Source: Tubiluchus corallicola (lineage: Eukaryota > Animalia > Priapulida). Taken from it: DNA of 64,000 bases. Of the stretch, positions 22,261 to 35,869 are shown piece after piece. Made by a program: the position numbers and the translations under genes. How positions within the stretch are numbered: the stretch's first letter is position 1; every line of letters begins with the position of its first letter. Under the pieces are notes generated by a model that saw only the letters and a program-made list of their open reading frames with translations, was not told the DNA's origin and made no database searches. The DNA is taken from positions 1 through 64,000 of the forward strand of contig JAQGDQ010000679.1 in assembly GCA_030141605.1 (NCBI GenBank), read 5' to 3'.

Positions 22261-23333
22261 AACCAAGCAAAAGTAAAGCTTGAAGTTAACTGCTACTTAA
22301 AATCTTCTGTTAGCTTCACGAGTGTTGACTAGTCGCCAGTCTTGGATATGTTCAGATAGCTAAGTCTGTAATAAAGTGAGAAATAATCAACAATATCATG
22401 TATGTACTGCCATGTAAAGCTTGGTTGAGACTGGATTTGATGTCTAGTAAAATCGCCGAATTGCATAATCTCCACCTATCAGCAGGAATGTTACGGAAAC
22501 GACATTTTGCTGATAATTGTATTTTTTTTTTGTCGAAATTTACTGAATTTCGTAGCTGAAACGTTCGGTAATTTTCCTCTGTATTTTTGTGTTGTTTTAC
22601 TAGTATTCATTCAGTTTACCTTTTCTTTTCTCCTTGAAGATTAGAATGATTTTGAAAAATCTTGACTAAAATACCTCAGATAGAGCAAAAATTTCGTGTA
22701 GTCTGCATGTTAAACTTTTTTGGCAATGCGGGATATCTTCAGTGCTGATGACTGTGAACGTCACCAGGCACATTCAACTGAAATATAAGTGTAATTTGAT
22801 TAACAAAACCAAATTTAATTTATAATTTAATAACATATAGGCAACACATTATTCACAAAATAAAATTTGTTTGTTTTTTGACATTTCAAACAAGCAAGAA
22901 CAGAGTATTTTAATAGTAGTTTGTTGTGCCCAATTAATTTCGATGCAGTTTCGTCTTGGCATCGGTTTCCTGTGTTTCACAAATGTTGGTTTCAATTTAT
23001 CATTTCAGTTTCCGTAACAACCCTGCCTGTCTGTTATATGTGCAGAACTTACAATTACTGTACAAACTAGTAATTCTCTAGTGGAACTAAAAGGCTGGAG
23101 AACTTTGGAAAGGGGTTGATGGCAACGTATGGTGGCCATAAGTGCCAAGAAAGAATTGTACTTCATGCCATGAATAAAAAAAACAGAGAAAAAGAACTGT
23201 GAGAAGGCAGAGACAGAGAGGTTAAAACAAAAAGAGGGGAAAACAAAATAGGTCAAAGAAGATGAAAAAAAATTAGAAAGAAAAAATTAAAAAGTCTGAC
23301 AGATTAGCTATTGTAAGAAGTTTCATTGCTTAA

Positions 23334-23745
23334 AGCAAAACTGGGCCTTACCAAAGAATTATTACCACATAAACGCAATTTCGAGTTCACACCGCTAGTC
23401 CTTCGCTGTTACATGCATTTTGCCATTCGCTAGTTAGATGGGCATTTTTTTATCTTAAAACTTGCCTAGTTTTAGTACAGCACACTGAACATCTAACAGT
23501 AACACTGTACTTCAATTTTATCTTTTGCGGACACGTGCAACACGCTCGTAGAATATTTTTGCATTTGAAAACTGTGTTAGTTTGTGATTTCATCAATAGT
23601 TGGACTTGCGTGCGGTTAATTAATCGTGATTTTAATCTATTATTTAATTATGAGAAACGCTTTTGCAGTATTAACTGTGTTAAAATGTATACTTTACCGT
23701 ACTTGAAAATGGGGTAGTATATGAAAAATCCTTTGAATACCTTTC
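23334..23745 (-). mobile_element. Kolobok-type family A copy 3 (inverted, partly deleted)
   Basis: TTAA|AGCAAAACTGG...; reverse complement of blocks in 16691-17306. Confidence 0.6.
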
Positions 23746-23987
23746 CATGTTGAATATTGAATATGAATAGATTTCTAGTCAATTCATTTGTTGAATTATT
23801 AAGTAGAAATTCTAACAGACTCCACTGTTGAATCTTCTGATATAGTTGCCCGCACATTTGCTGGGATGTTTGCCCTTGTGACGTTGAATAAAAACTTAAC
23901 TTTAAGTTTTAACATAATTTAGCATAACTGTTAGACATTGCTGTGTTATGAATTGTTTTTATACATCATTTATTGTATTTTTTCTAG

Positions 23988-24463
23988 TGTTAAAAACCAC
24001 AATGGCCACACACCAGGTGAAGTTGCTCAGACATGCGGTCACAGCAATTTTAGCAGCTATCTCCGTGACTACCATACTCAGCGCGACGTCATCTCACGTG
24101 ATCCCACTTGCATTTCAAATGGCCTAAATGGTGGTCACCTGCCGTCCGCAGCCAGCAACGGTCATCTCCACAACAACGGCGGCGGCGATTCTTACATGTT
24201 TCATCCCAGCGGCATCCACGGCAACGGCGACCAGGCGAACGGCTTTCAGGGAACCGAAACTTTTCACGGAGTCAACGGCCTGTTCGAAAACGGGGACGGT
24301 TGCCACGGCAACGGTACGGATGTGGAAATGGAAGACGAGATGGAAATAAGTACATGTGATATAAGGAATCATGAAGATGGGATATTTCCATCGATGGTGT
24401 CCCATCAAGTGAGCAATTCTGTTCCTGGTGATAACGTCAATGGAGCTGCTCTGGCCTCCGACC
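23988..24463 (+). CDS. ANKRD10: ANKRD10 exon 4
   Basis: Acceptor TTTTCTAG|T completes Gly from exon 3; VKNHNGHTPGEVAQTCGH (last ankyrin repeat), then a Gly/Asn/His-rich region; donor C|GTAAGT. Confidence 0.88.
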
Positions 24464-24700
24464 GTAAGTTTACACAAATTACAAAAAAAATGTTGAAAGC
24501 AGATTATTCATGTGTCCTTTATTCGCATTTCTCTGCTTCGAAATATATGTGCTTTGATGTGTGCATGTCGAGGGTTTATCAATTTTGAAATAAGTAGGAA
24601 CTATAAGAATATTTAAATAATTTTAATAGAACGTTAAACGGTACTGATATTAGCAAGTGCATGTCTACCACATTTTTTCTTAGTTTAAGGTACCCTAGAG

Positions 24701-25179
24701 CAGGGGTGTGCAAATTTCGGCCCGCCGAGAGAATTTGTGCGGCCCCGCGAAGAGATTTGTCAACCTAATGAAAGTGCGGCCCGGGCGATTAATTGAGTGT
24801 ATCCAGCTGAAGTCCGTGCCACGATCCCAAAGATAGTGCGGTTAGTTCTACTAGATCGGATGCCATTAACCCTTACAAGATGGTTGTAGCTTAATAACAC
24901 TGTACTACACAGACTGTGTGATACACGTTACTAGTATGCATTGTAATGAAATTACCACTATCTGTCCTGAAAGTAGAAATATGTGGTTTGTAATATAAAT
25001 TTTAATAACTTCTAAAATAGTTTCTTGAGTGTAGTAGTAATGATGTACTCAGGTCGGATACAAAAAAATCGTTATTAGGCCTTTCTGTACTTGGCTCCTT
25101 GATCAAACTGCCTGTGGCCCACAGGAATTGCGGGAAAGTTTAATGTGGCCCGCCTAGTCAGATAATTTGCACACCTCTG
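24701..25179. mobile_element. hAT (Charlie-like) MITE
   Basis: Perfect 8-bp TSD CCCTAGAG; TIRs CAGGGGTGTGCAAA / TTTGCACACCTCTG. Confidence 0.85.
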
Positions 25180-25264
25180 CCCTAGAGTACAAGAGACTAT
25201 TAATTGCCTTGTTATTTCCATAAGTTATTGCAGTACTTAAAACCACGTAAATTTCGTGTATGTA

Positions 25265-25593
25265 CAGTCGACCCTCGTTAAACCGGATCCTGTTAGCCCG
25301 CATATCGGATAAGACGGACGTCATCCGTGGTAAAGGAAACTGACCGATTTCCGTCCGAGCCAGAGCGCTAAACACAACACCGCCTACCAACTGTACAATA
25401 ATTTCTTTATCCTCACAGGTTAACTATTTTAAAGTAATATACAGTATAGTATATAGTGCAATGTATATAGGCCTTATTAAGGTGATTATTCCTGTATAAT
25501 ATAGACCATATATAGGCATATCGGATAAATCGGACAATCGGCTAAACCGGACCACCCACCCCCCAATTAGTCCGGTTTAACAAGGGTTGACTG
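25265..25593. mobile_element. Tc1/pogo (Tigger-like) MITE
   Basis: TA|CAGTCGACCCTCGTTAAACCGGA...TCCGGTTTAACAAGGGTTGACTG|TA. Confidence 0.85.
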
Positions 25594-25841
25594 TATTACG
25601 CTATAATGACAATAAATTCTTACTTACTATCTGTTAGTTATAAAGCATGTTCTTGTGTTCCCAACTCAGTGCTGTTATGACTGTTTGCTACTGCATTATT
25701 ATGGTGACTTTTGTATTTCTTTCCTTTGTTTTTTTGTGGACTTCTGCTTGGTAATCGTGATTGTGCTTTTTGCGGGTCTTGATAATGGTGTAGAAATGTA
25801 AAATCATGGTGTTTTACTTTAATTTTGCTCTTTTGTTCACC

Positions 25842-26172
25842 ATTCGCTAGCGGGCACTAGCGCTGCATTTGAAACTTGTTTGCACATTTCGACAGCTCAT
25901 GTGTGAGTACAGCAAACTGAATATTTTACAGCAGCACTGTACTTCAATTTTTGCTTTTGCAAACACGTGCAACATGCGCTTCGAATGTTTTTGCTATTGA
26001 AAATACATTCGTTTGTGATGTCATCAATAGTTGGGCTCGCCCGCCATTAATTAAGTTTTTAATCTGTTGTTAAATTATCAGAAACGCTTTTGCAGTATTA
26101 ATTGTGTTAAAATGCATACTTTCTATCGGACTTGAAAATGGGGAAGTATATCAAAAATCATCCTGTCTTCCT
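25842..26172 (-). mobile_element. Kolobok-type family A copy 4 (inverted, partial)
   Basis: Ends ATCATCCTGTCTTCCT|TTAA; reverse complement of 16691-17140. Confidence 0.6.
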
Positions 26173-26376
26173 TTAACAATGGTTTTATTTTTTATTTAAT
26201 CTATCAAATGATGAAGATGATCAAACTCTCCAAACAAGAAAGTTTATTTTTTCACCTTGTTAAAATTTTGTTCTTCAGAAATTTCGACCAAGCTATTTTT
26301 AGTTTTGATTGCTTTTTAGAGGGCGTGGTTTGCAAAAACATTATTCGTTAACTTAATAAACTTCTCTGTATTTTAG

Positions 26377-26475
26377 GCATTTCGTCCAACGGTGTTTGCA
26401 AACCACTTAGTGGAAGAAAGCGATCTTCAACCAATCTTGATGCTGAAAATAATCTCAAGCGAGTGTGCAAAAATG
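26377..26475 (+). CDS. ANKRD10: ANKRD10 exon 5 (bipartite NLS-like)
   Basis: Acceptor TATTTTAG|GC, phase 1/1. ISSNGVCKPLSGRKRSSTNLDAENNLKRVCKN matches the ANKRD10 RKR-x10-KKAR motif. Donor G|GTACCC is weak. Confidence 0.78.
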
Positions 26476-27204
26476 GTACCCAACGTTGTTCAGATATATA
26501 TAATCATTAATTCTTAAAGCTAAGATGGCTCATTTTCGGTTTTGTTGTGTTTTGTAATGGTGGAAAATAGGGGTGAACAACTAAAAACTTTTTAGCAGAA
26601 ATTGTTTAAGAAAAATTTAAAGAATATCTATATTAAATTTATTCAGTTTTGAAAATAATTAGTTGTTGGCATCCTTCTGTCTCAGAAGACAGTGGAGTGT
26701 GCCCCAAGAGAGTCAGTTATTGATCACATTGATGGAGCTGCAGCGTCGACTGTGGCTGAGCAGTGTGATCCTTGAACGTCTCCAGGGCACACGCCTGGGC
26801 AAGGTGTATGGAGATTCTGAGTTGCCCAGACAACAGGAACCCCCTCTCTTCCTCCCTGGTGTTGTCCAAAGGAAAGCGGAGCGATACGTTTGGCACCAGG
26901 TCGGCTGCAGGAGCTGCCGGAGTCAGTGAGCATGCTGCACTGGTCCGCCTTCGGTGCTCCACTCCTGATTTGGAAGGTTTACTCGTCTATACATGGCCGT
27001 TGGGTCACTTGATCTCCTCCGCCCTCTAGCCGTTGGCTGTTTGTGCAGCTCCTCTGCCTAGTGTCGAGATACAGTGTGGGCATTCCGCACCGCAAGCCTA
27101 CACAAGCATCCTGAACAACAAGAGTATATGTTTACATGCAATCTTACATATTTGCCAAAGTACCATTTTTTGCTAAATAGAATTTTTTTCATTTTTTCTT
27201 CCAG

Positions 27205-27359
27205 GTGTTACCGGGAGTGAATTTCACAGCATCCCCCCGTGCAAATTAAAAGCTCTTGGAATTCCTACAAGCAGCCTCTCTGACCACCAGGCTTTCGTGT
27301 CCGCAATAAACAGCTACGAGAATTCCGTACACGAGTCCTTCTTTACGATAGACAAGTGA
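27205..27359 (+). CDS. ANKRD10: ANKRD10 last coding exon
   Basis: Strong acceptor TTTTTTCTTCCAG|GT, phase-compatible. GVTGSEFHSIPPCKL...NSYENSVHESFFTIDK*; AATAAA shortly after the stop. Confidence 0.72.
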
Positions 27360-27564
27360 GAAGTTGAAACAGTCAATAAACAATGCAATTATGCGGAGTG
27401 CAAATTGTAACACCGAGCTACGTTTACTTTTTACCGCTTTTATCGTTTTTATATATTGTTCTTTCATGTGTTTTGTTATACCGGAGTTCCGTTGTATGCA
27501 ATTCTTATTTTACCATTCAATCGAAAGACTGATATGCAAAACCTAGCCATACAGGTAATATGCA

Positions 27565-28681
27565 TTAAGTTCTCGCTTAACGACTCCCCGTTTAGCGACG
27601 TTTCATTTTAACGACTTTTCACACCTTTTTTCGCTTAACAACGCGCGTTTCGCTGCAATGACTATTTTTTACTTTGATCAAGGCAAATTTTTATTTTAAC
27701 AGCAGTGTTTTTACCTAATTTGATGCATTGACGCAGTACATATTGCATTATTCCTTTATAACAATGCAATAGTGACGTAAACAATGTAATTATTATATAG
27801 GTTTTACACGTCAAATGTAGACATAGGAAAGTTCAAATGTGACTTAGGTAGGTCAAATGTAGATGCATTACTTTGAATAAATCGGTAATTAAGTTATTTA
27901 AGTGCAAATTAGAAAAAGATAAACCAAAGATAGTGCATCTATTAGTAGGCCTATAACTTTGTTATTTTAACTTAGGAGCAATTATTAAATTGAGATTAAA
28001 GAAGATTAAATTTAACATCCTTAAACTTTACCACCTATCCACATTTGAGATACCAATGTCACATTTGACTTGACGTGCCTACATTTGACTTACCAAAAAT
28101 GCTTAAGATTTCTTGAAAACCATTGTTAACACATTTGAACTACCTAAGTCTACATTTGAGTTACCAAGACACATTTGAATTATCTAAATCTACATTTGAG
28201 TTAACGCAGGTCTACATTTGACATGTAAAATCTATATACACTTTTGCTTCCTGACTGACTACTAAATGCCAGCAGTTTATATTCAAGCGAGACTTGCCAG
28301 CAAACTTTTTGCATGCAACCTGTTACTGAAACAAAGTGACTAAGCATGTAGATAAAACTCCCGTGGTTCCCCAGAGCTTGGCTTTGACTGCTGACTAGGC
28401 TTAAACGTTAACGAAACACAAACTGCTATAGCTAGGTACTAGTAAGTAAGAAATACAGGTGGTTTCACGCAAGCAGAAAGAAATTAATCAGTAGAAATAT
28501 GATATAAATCTCATAAAATGTTTATGTTCTATGATTTAACCAGCATTGATTTTTGCCTCTGGAACGTATCTCGGTTCTTTTATGTTAGTTTCTATGGAAG
28601 TCTTGGTTTCGTTTAACGACGTTTCGCTTAACGTCACTTTTCGCTGGAGCACATTAGTGTCTCTAAATGAGAACTTAGCTG
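27565..28681. mobile_element. Tigger/pogo-like MITE with a nested element
   Basis: TAAGTTCTCGCTTAACGAC...AAATGAGAACTTAGCTG|TA, with repeated TTTCGCTTAACG subterminal motifs. Confidence 0.55.
27797..28237. mobile_element. Nested MITE with ~28-bp TIRs
   Basis: TAGGTTTTACACGTCAAATGTAGAC / GTCTACATTTGACATGTAAAATCTA in TA-rich flanks; many internal CAAATGT/ACATTTG motifs. Confidence 0.7.
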
Positions 28682-29153
28682 TATTTTAATTTGTATAGAG
28701 GTTCAATAATTTATCCTGTGTCATGGTGCTGTAATTTTAGCACAATAACAGCAGTTACTGTGGCTGTTTCACATTTTAAGCTTTAAAGTACTATATGAAG
28801 AAAAAACTCTATGCCAACAAAGTTTTGCATCGTCGTCATCTGACTAAGAAAGCTGGAAGTATGCTAATTGTAGCTTAACAATTGTACATAATAATTGAAA
28901 TTAGCCAAGTGCTGCGTATTAATATTGATATTAAGAAACATATCTCGCGTATGATTAGAACGTGATCTCATTATTATTATTTCAAATTTATAGTTCCTTA
29001 AAATAGGTATTTTAATGCAAAATATGAATTAATTTCATTCTCTGGTTTGTGCACTTTTACTGTCGTCTAACCACAAATATTCACAATATAAGGATTTTAT
29101 TTAAAGTGGCAGAACATTTACTAGCCATTGCTTGAATTCTGGTCGAATTAGCC

Positions 29154-29359
29154 CAGAGGTGTGCAAATTATCGACTAGCCGGCAGTTTGATCAAAGAGCC
29201 AAGTACAGAAAGGCCTAATAACGATTTTTTTGCATCCGACCTGCATACATCATTACTACTACACTCAAGAAACTACTTTAGAAGTTATTAAAATTTATAT
29301 TACAAACCATATATTTCTACTTTCGGGACAGATATTTCGCCGCAATTTACACACCCCTG
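29154..29359. mobile_element. Internally deleted inverted copy of the 24701-25179 hAT MITE
   Basis: Same TIRs; 8-bp TSD AATTAGCC/GATTAGCC. Confidence 0.8.
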
Positions 29360-29925
29360 GATTAGCCGATCAAACAATCGGTTATAATTTGATGGAATTG
29401 GCCTGTTGGATTGCTGTTTGTTTGTTTTAAAAAGTTTAGAAATGTCAGAAAATTAATGTTATTTTAGCTTTATTGAACTTACATCTGTTGGCATACATTT
29501 GTATGTGTCGTTTTCCAGTAACAGCTCGACTGAAAGAGGTGCCAAATCCTCCACTGCGTCCAGTTCCTTGAAGTACACTCATCTCAGTTTGCCGGGCAAA
29601 CCAGGGAAACGTCGGTCCGAATTTGTCGATTGTCTGTATTTACCGATACTAAGCTAATACAGTAGGGTCCGTGTGTTAGACTCACGGTAATGTAGAACCA
29701 ATCGCCTTATTGTCTCTACAACGTCTATTACAATACAAGGACTGCACCCATGCAAAAGTATATAAAAACTGTCGGCAATTGACTCAAATAACTCCGCATA
29801 ATTGACGCTGTATTTTTTCTGCACATGCTTAAATTAGATACTTTTGTGTGACCAGTGAGCTTTTACTATTTTTATGTCATCTTTGCTTTTGTGCACTATA
29901 ATTTACATAGAAACAATCACGTTAA

Positions 29926-30381
29926 CCCTTTCAGTCCCAAATTATTTTTTTAATAAGAAAAAATTTTTCGCTTGGTACTTATGTTCAGTATGTCCATCTT
30001 GTATCCCAATGTATCCTGTGGGATACGCAACATTCTTTGTCATGTGCAAAAAAACAAAGTCCGACTTTTTTAAATACACAACAAAAGCAAAAAATGTGCT
30101 TCATTTTGCAATTGCTGATAATTTTTAAAGTATTTAAGACATTTAGCATGCATGCTATGCTGATCTGTACAAAGTCATCTCTAAAGTACTGTACCTTGCA
30201 CAGTTTTTTATGCTATGTAGATTTTTTAGTTTGCCATTTTATCACTATTTTTAGTCTATTGTTATTGGCTTAAATCAAAATAACTATTAACAGATCAAAT
30301 AACTGTCAGTTTTAAAATTTTATTAATTTTAAAGGCAGAAACTATTTTCGTATCCCACGGGATACAACGGGTATGAAAGGA
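29926..30381. mobile_element. piggyBac-type MITE, copy 2 (inverted relative to 2263-2717)
   Basis: TTAA|CCCTTTCAG...TGAAAGGA|TTAA. Confidence 0.8.
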
Positions 30382-33300
30382 TTAAAGACAGTTTGTTTGT
30401 AAGCAAGGGTTAAGATTTATACCTGCTTGGTTACACTGATGTAATGATGTAAACAAAGTGATGGCCTGCCAACTAACGGTCAGCTCGGGGAAACAACAGA
30501 CTGTGTCCTTAGTATGTGAAGGAGTTTAGCGGTCCACATTTTGTCCGATTCTTCCGATATCCATAAAACAGATCTGGCAAACTGAGATGCGACTGTACCA
30601 TGAAAACTTATTCCGGTTTAAAGTAAAAAGTTCCATAAATCAACTGAGATACTGTAAACAACATATAACTCACTCTGGTATATCTCAAACAGATCTTGCG
30701 GAACAGATTTTCCCTTTACCAAACATCGCATAGTCTAACCTGTACCTTCCCATAACTTGAATAAATTTTCCAGTCCTGAGGTGTTCGAGTTATGCGTAGT
30801 TTACTGTACTGCCTAAAGTAACGGTTACTTCAACTTTACCCTCAAGGACGGCTTACGAGGAAAAATTTACCTCTTTTAGTTCAAAACAAGACACGAAATA
30901 AGGTGATTGGGAAAGTACAATTTTACGATTGTACGGCTTAATAATGTTTGTGATGCTTTACATGAACAATTAACATTTTTGTCTGATGTAGCTAATTGTT
31001 TTTGGTGTAACTTCTATGCATTTTGGCGAAGTTGCTGATAGCTGAGCACCACAGTTTCCCGGCGAGTTAAACCGACCGACTGCTTAAAGTCTCTGTTTGT
31101 TATTAACATTGTACATATTTTCTAAATCTGTATATGTTGTACAATATTTTTGTACATGAATAATAATTTTACGTCGCACGATATTTTATCTGTATGTTAT
31201 TGTTATATGTGCACAATTTCAGTCTGCATAGTAGTTACCTCTACTGGATTAACAAGAAATCTTAAAACCGGTAAAATCTTATGACTGGAAAATTATGTTC
31301 TTCTTAATTTAATGCACTATTAAGCTACTTTCCTATGCAAAATAAGTTTGTATACTTGTTAAATTACAAAATGTCTATGAGATAAACAAGTTCTGGTGCA
31401 ACTGTACAGAATTGCTATTCCATCTCATATTACGCTACCAAAAAAATGCAATTCCGTGTGTATTACGTGTATTTGTATTTATCTTGTATAATAATTTTAG
31501 AATTTTAGTTTAAAATAAATAGGTCTATGACTGTTTTTGCTATCAATCTGATAACATTTATAGTAGGCGTACTATAAAAAAATATTTGAACATAAGGTTT
31601 ATGTTCATTTGAGTATAATTGTTATATTTTACTGTATGTGTGATATGTATAGTTAAACTTAAAAGTAGTCTAGTGCCGTATTTATGTAAAAGTGTGCAGT
31701 GCACAAACACAATGGCAGCGTGTCACTTATTTATTTCATTTTTACAAAGATTCATTTTTCCTGAAAAAAGTATGTAATTTTCATGACTAATCAGGCTATA
31801 ATCTTGCATTACAGCTGGGAACTAATAAAATTTAATGAGGATTTTTTTAATTACGGGAGGAATTTGCGCAAACTCTAACTGTTTTCAACTGTATATCCCC
31901 AGTTTTGAATCTAATTATTTTAATCCAAGGAAAATTAGTCGCAGCTTTGTTTGATCTTTTATTTCTTAAGTAAACAATTTAGTTTATAGCAGCTGGTGTT
32001 TACTATTGTTAGTACTTTTTGTAGTAATTACTTATATAGTTTCATTGTTACCCTTCAATTTGTGAATTGTAATTATAAATTAGCTATCGCAGTGCACACC
32101 GAAAAGTAGATCTTTGTACAACGGATACCGTATAGTCGTATACATACTGTAGAGGTTAGAAGTTTTATTCAACGTGTGTTATAACAGCTGGCTGTGTCCG
32201 ACATGCAATTTTAATTTTTGAAAATTTTTGAAAACTTGCCATTTGGTTGATCTTGACAAGGCAGTCTTTCTGCGTTAATAAAAAATTTTTTTGGTACAAC
32301 AAAAAATAATGTGCAATTTTACTTTATTTTGCTTTACATGCTATGAGTCATTATAATTAGAACTTCAATTATAGTCTTTTTGCAAAAGACAGAAGGATAT
32401 GATCAATAAACTGTGCTACACGTTTTGTGCATTTTAGCACCCCGAAGACTGCAGCTATGTATCGCCATGTGCAAAAATTATTCAAAATGGAGTTAATACG
32501 CAAATGTATTATACACAAACTGAGAAAACAAACTACATTGAACATGTTAGATTAGATTAGATTGCTTTATTTTTATTTTCAAAAATACATATAATTTTGA
32601 TTTTCATAGCAAAAAATGACCAAATTAAAGAAACAAAGAAAAAAAAGAAAATTAAGACAGGAGAAGGATAATAAAGAACCAATTCTTTTTTTATTGCTAA
32701 ATTATACAATTTTTATGTAACTGAGATTTTAGTATCAGTATGCCATATCTTAACATTTATCTATGAAAACAACTTTACACACAGCGAATTATGATCTTTT
32801 TCGGTTTATGTAGTATTTAACGTGTATTGCTTTGCCAATGTAAATAAAACTGAATTGAAATTGAATTATCAAGTCAACCACCCTTATTCAGTAAGTATCA
32901 AGTCACGGCGCCATAGTACTGTGAGCATAATAATAAAACTAATAATATAATATTCGGTTTTAGACAAATGAAAGCATCAAATTGTTAATGTATTTTTCTG
33001 GCACAATACCTGCGAATTATTCAATAAGTAGTCAAAAATTAAACTTTGTGAGAAAAATTGTAAACTCTTGCACATCGAGAATTCCAAAGATATGCTACTA
33101 TGTAAATAACAGTCAACTAAATTTAAGATTTAAATATGGTTGTACTCTAGATCTAAATGAAGATGTAAAATTAAAGGTTAAGAACTCATTTAAAGATTCT
33201 GTTTTAAGATATCTATTATAGCTCCTTACTACACTATAATGTAATAATTACATTGGGAACTACAATGTGTGGTTATTATAAAGTTGAATGTCTGTAGATA

Positions 33301-33904
33301 TGTTACTTTACTAGTATCTCACTACCTGTTTTACTAACATCTTCATCTTTGTAAACTGTATATTTTTATACGAAATAAACTCATAATAATAATAATAATA
33401 ATTAATTCAATAATGGAGAAATGAAGGTGAATTACTGTGTCAAGGAAGGCAGTAAATAAACAAAATGAAAACAGCAAGTTATGTATAGGAGAGCTAAGGC
33501 CAAATTAACAATAGTCTGAAAGCAACATTGGAGAATGACAATGATAAAGACTATGTAAATCATTAATTTATGGCAGTGATAATCATTGTCAAGCATAAAG
33601 CGGAACAAATAAAAAGCAAAACCAAACAAATGAACTGGTAGAGCGAAAAAAGTTAGCACAGTTTAATAGAAGTGCAGTTTAAGGAAAATATTGTTTATGT
33701 TTTTTTCTTATGCGTTGTGCCAGCGCCACAAATAAAATTGCTAAAAAGAAGTATATATAATAGAACGCTGAAAGGTTTTCTACACATAAAGGCTATCCAC
33801 ATGTGAAGGATGTCTGTGACTAATTAAGATGAGGATAGCCGACAGGTATAAGGTAGACAAATGTTGTAGCTCTTTTGATCAACCGTACTTGGCCTTATAG
33901 AGCA

Positions 33905-33935
33905 CAAGCACCCGGATGTAAACGTCACGTGCTCC
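33905..33935 (+). promoter_or_regulatory. Probable UBE2A/Rad6 promoter motifs
   Basis: CCCGGATG (Ets-like) followed by ACGTCACGTG (CRE/E-box), about 150 nt upstream of the ATG. Motif inference only. Confidence 0.4.
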
Positions 33936-34081
33936 TTGTTGTTTTGCAACAAATGTTTCTTGGTGTGAAATTTGTTCCCCATTCAATCATCCTAAGTGCG
34001 CGAAAGGGGAGCAATAAAGTGTGACTCTTCGAGTTTCTTCATTTGTCCTGTTATTCTGTGTTCGTTACAAAACCGCAAATC

Positions 34082-34125
34082 ATGTCTACGCCCGCTAGGC
34101 GTCGATTAATGAGAGATTTTAAAAG
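34082..34125 (+). CDS. UBE2A: Ubiquitin-conjugating enzyme E2 Rad6/UBE2A, exon 1
   Basis: MSTPARRRLMRDFKR is the invariant Rad6 N-terminus; donor AG|GTAACT; 44 nt. Confidence 0.96.
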
Positions 34126-35149
34126 GTAACTCTTTATCTTCTAAGTGTGAAAAACCTTGACTTTGTGTAAAGAAAAATTTTCATTAGCGTCTCAATTGGT
34201 GTTCGTTCATTTTAGTTTGCTCCACATCACTCATCTAACCATGCAAATGGGCCCATGTTACAGATTATAAAAAATGATTATTCTAAACTGATTTACGCGT
34301 GTGGGTTACGTGTTATTTATAGCCGAACTCGCTTAACTGACAATAATTATAAATAATAATGAAACAAATTACAATAATTAACTCGCCGTAGGATATTAAC
34401 AATGATCTGTAACTAATCTGTCATAATGATTAATGTAGACTCGGAGTTTATACATAAAAACATTTAACTGGCCATTTTCGTTGATTGGAAAAAAACTAGT
34501 ATTAACCAAGGCTCAAATATGCACACTAGAAAAGACTTATTTCTTCAATATCTTTACCACATTTACAAAGTCTTTTTCTATGCAGTAATCTACTTTCCAA
34601 GCATACAAGGATTTCCCAATACTTTTAATACACCAGCCCTGGTTTTGACAAGCTATTCTGCACCCCATGTATCATTCAGTCGGGGTTCAAATGATATACA
34701 ACTTTTGTAATCTTCTTTGTCTTTCCACTCTTTCTAATCTATATCTTTCTACTGTTGAATATTTACTTAACTTTTCATTCCACATTTGAATCCCGTTTTC
34801 GCTATAGCTTTTCCTATATGCACATCTTATGCTTTTTCACCCAAATGTTTATCATAAATTTTATGCAGACGTTCCTCATTTAGTTTCCCTAATGCCAAAC
34901 TCCGGGAAGCCCAAATGTATCTCCCAAATGCCTGATTCTTTGCAGCTATTTTGATCGAAATCTCTGTGTTACCCCCCCCCCCATTACCACATTTTTTCAG
35001 TGACCGATTATCACTAAATTTGACGTAATTTATTGTCCACTTCATCATAATTACATTCTCACATTGTAACTGCTATACATCAAATCAATTGTAATTACAA
35101 TAATTGTAAAAATATTAACATACTTACTAACTACATAATAGTTTGTCAA

Positions 35150-35860
35150 CAGGAAATATATGCTGTACGGCGGTCAAGAAGCAAAGCTTGTAAGACCACC
35201 ATGAAAAGTGGAGGAAAAAAGCAGCTTAATTAACAAGAGAAAGAATTATAGAAAAACAGGGAATAGTTAAGATAAAATAATAGAAAAAGATAAAGAAAAG
35301 AGAAATGAAATAGAAAGGAGTTCAACAGAGACGTGATGGAAAAGTATGAAAATATAAATATTCCATAGATTTGGAGCAGTAAATCTTAGAAAGTGTCTGG
35401 CAACATTGGTTCTGCAAAATGGAATAGAATTTTCGTTAAATCTAGTGAAGTGATACTGGTGATTACATATGTCAGGATTTATGAAACATGAGGGTAATAA
35501 ACTGTGGTGTGTTTTGTGCAGCTAGATAGCAAGGTGGTAAGAAACTAAATCATCGAAATTTAAATTCCACAGTTATAAAAAAGTATATATTCAATTGGGG
35601 CTTGTTTAGTTAAATTACAAGTGATTCTCAAAAATTCACGCTGGTGTCTGGCTAAGTAATTTAAGTCTGTTGGATATGTGTTCCCCCATAGAATACAACA
35701 GTAAGTTAAATAGGGTAATATTAGACAGTTATATAGTGTTATTAAGTGAAATTTGTGTAATTTGTTTTTAAATTTGAGATGGTGCCAACATTTTTGCAAT
35801 TTTTAAACTTATGTACTTAATATGGGGCCTCCAATCAAGATTTTCATGAAGCATAATGCA
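35150..35860 (-). mobile_element. L2/Crack-group LINE 3' relic
   Basis: LYNCLILPYLTYCCILWGNTY..L..QR..LRI motif of CR1/L2-group ORF2; frameshifted. Confidence 0.65.
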
Positions 35861-35869
35861 ATATAAGTA

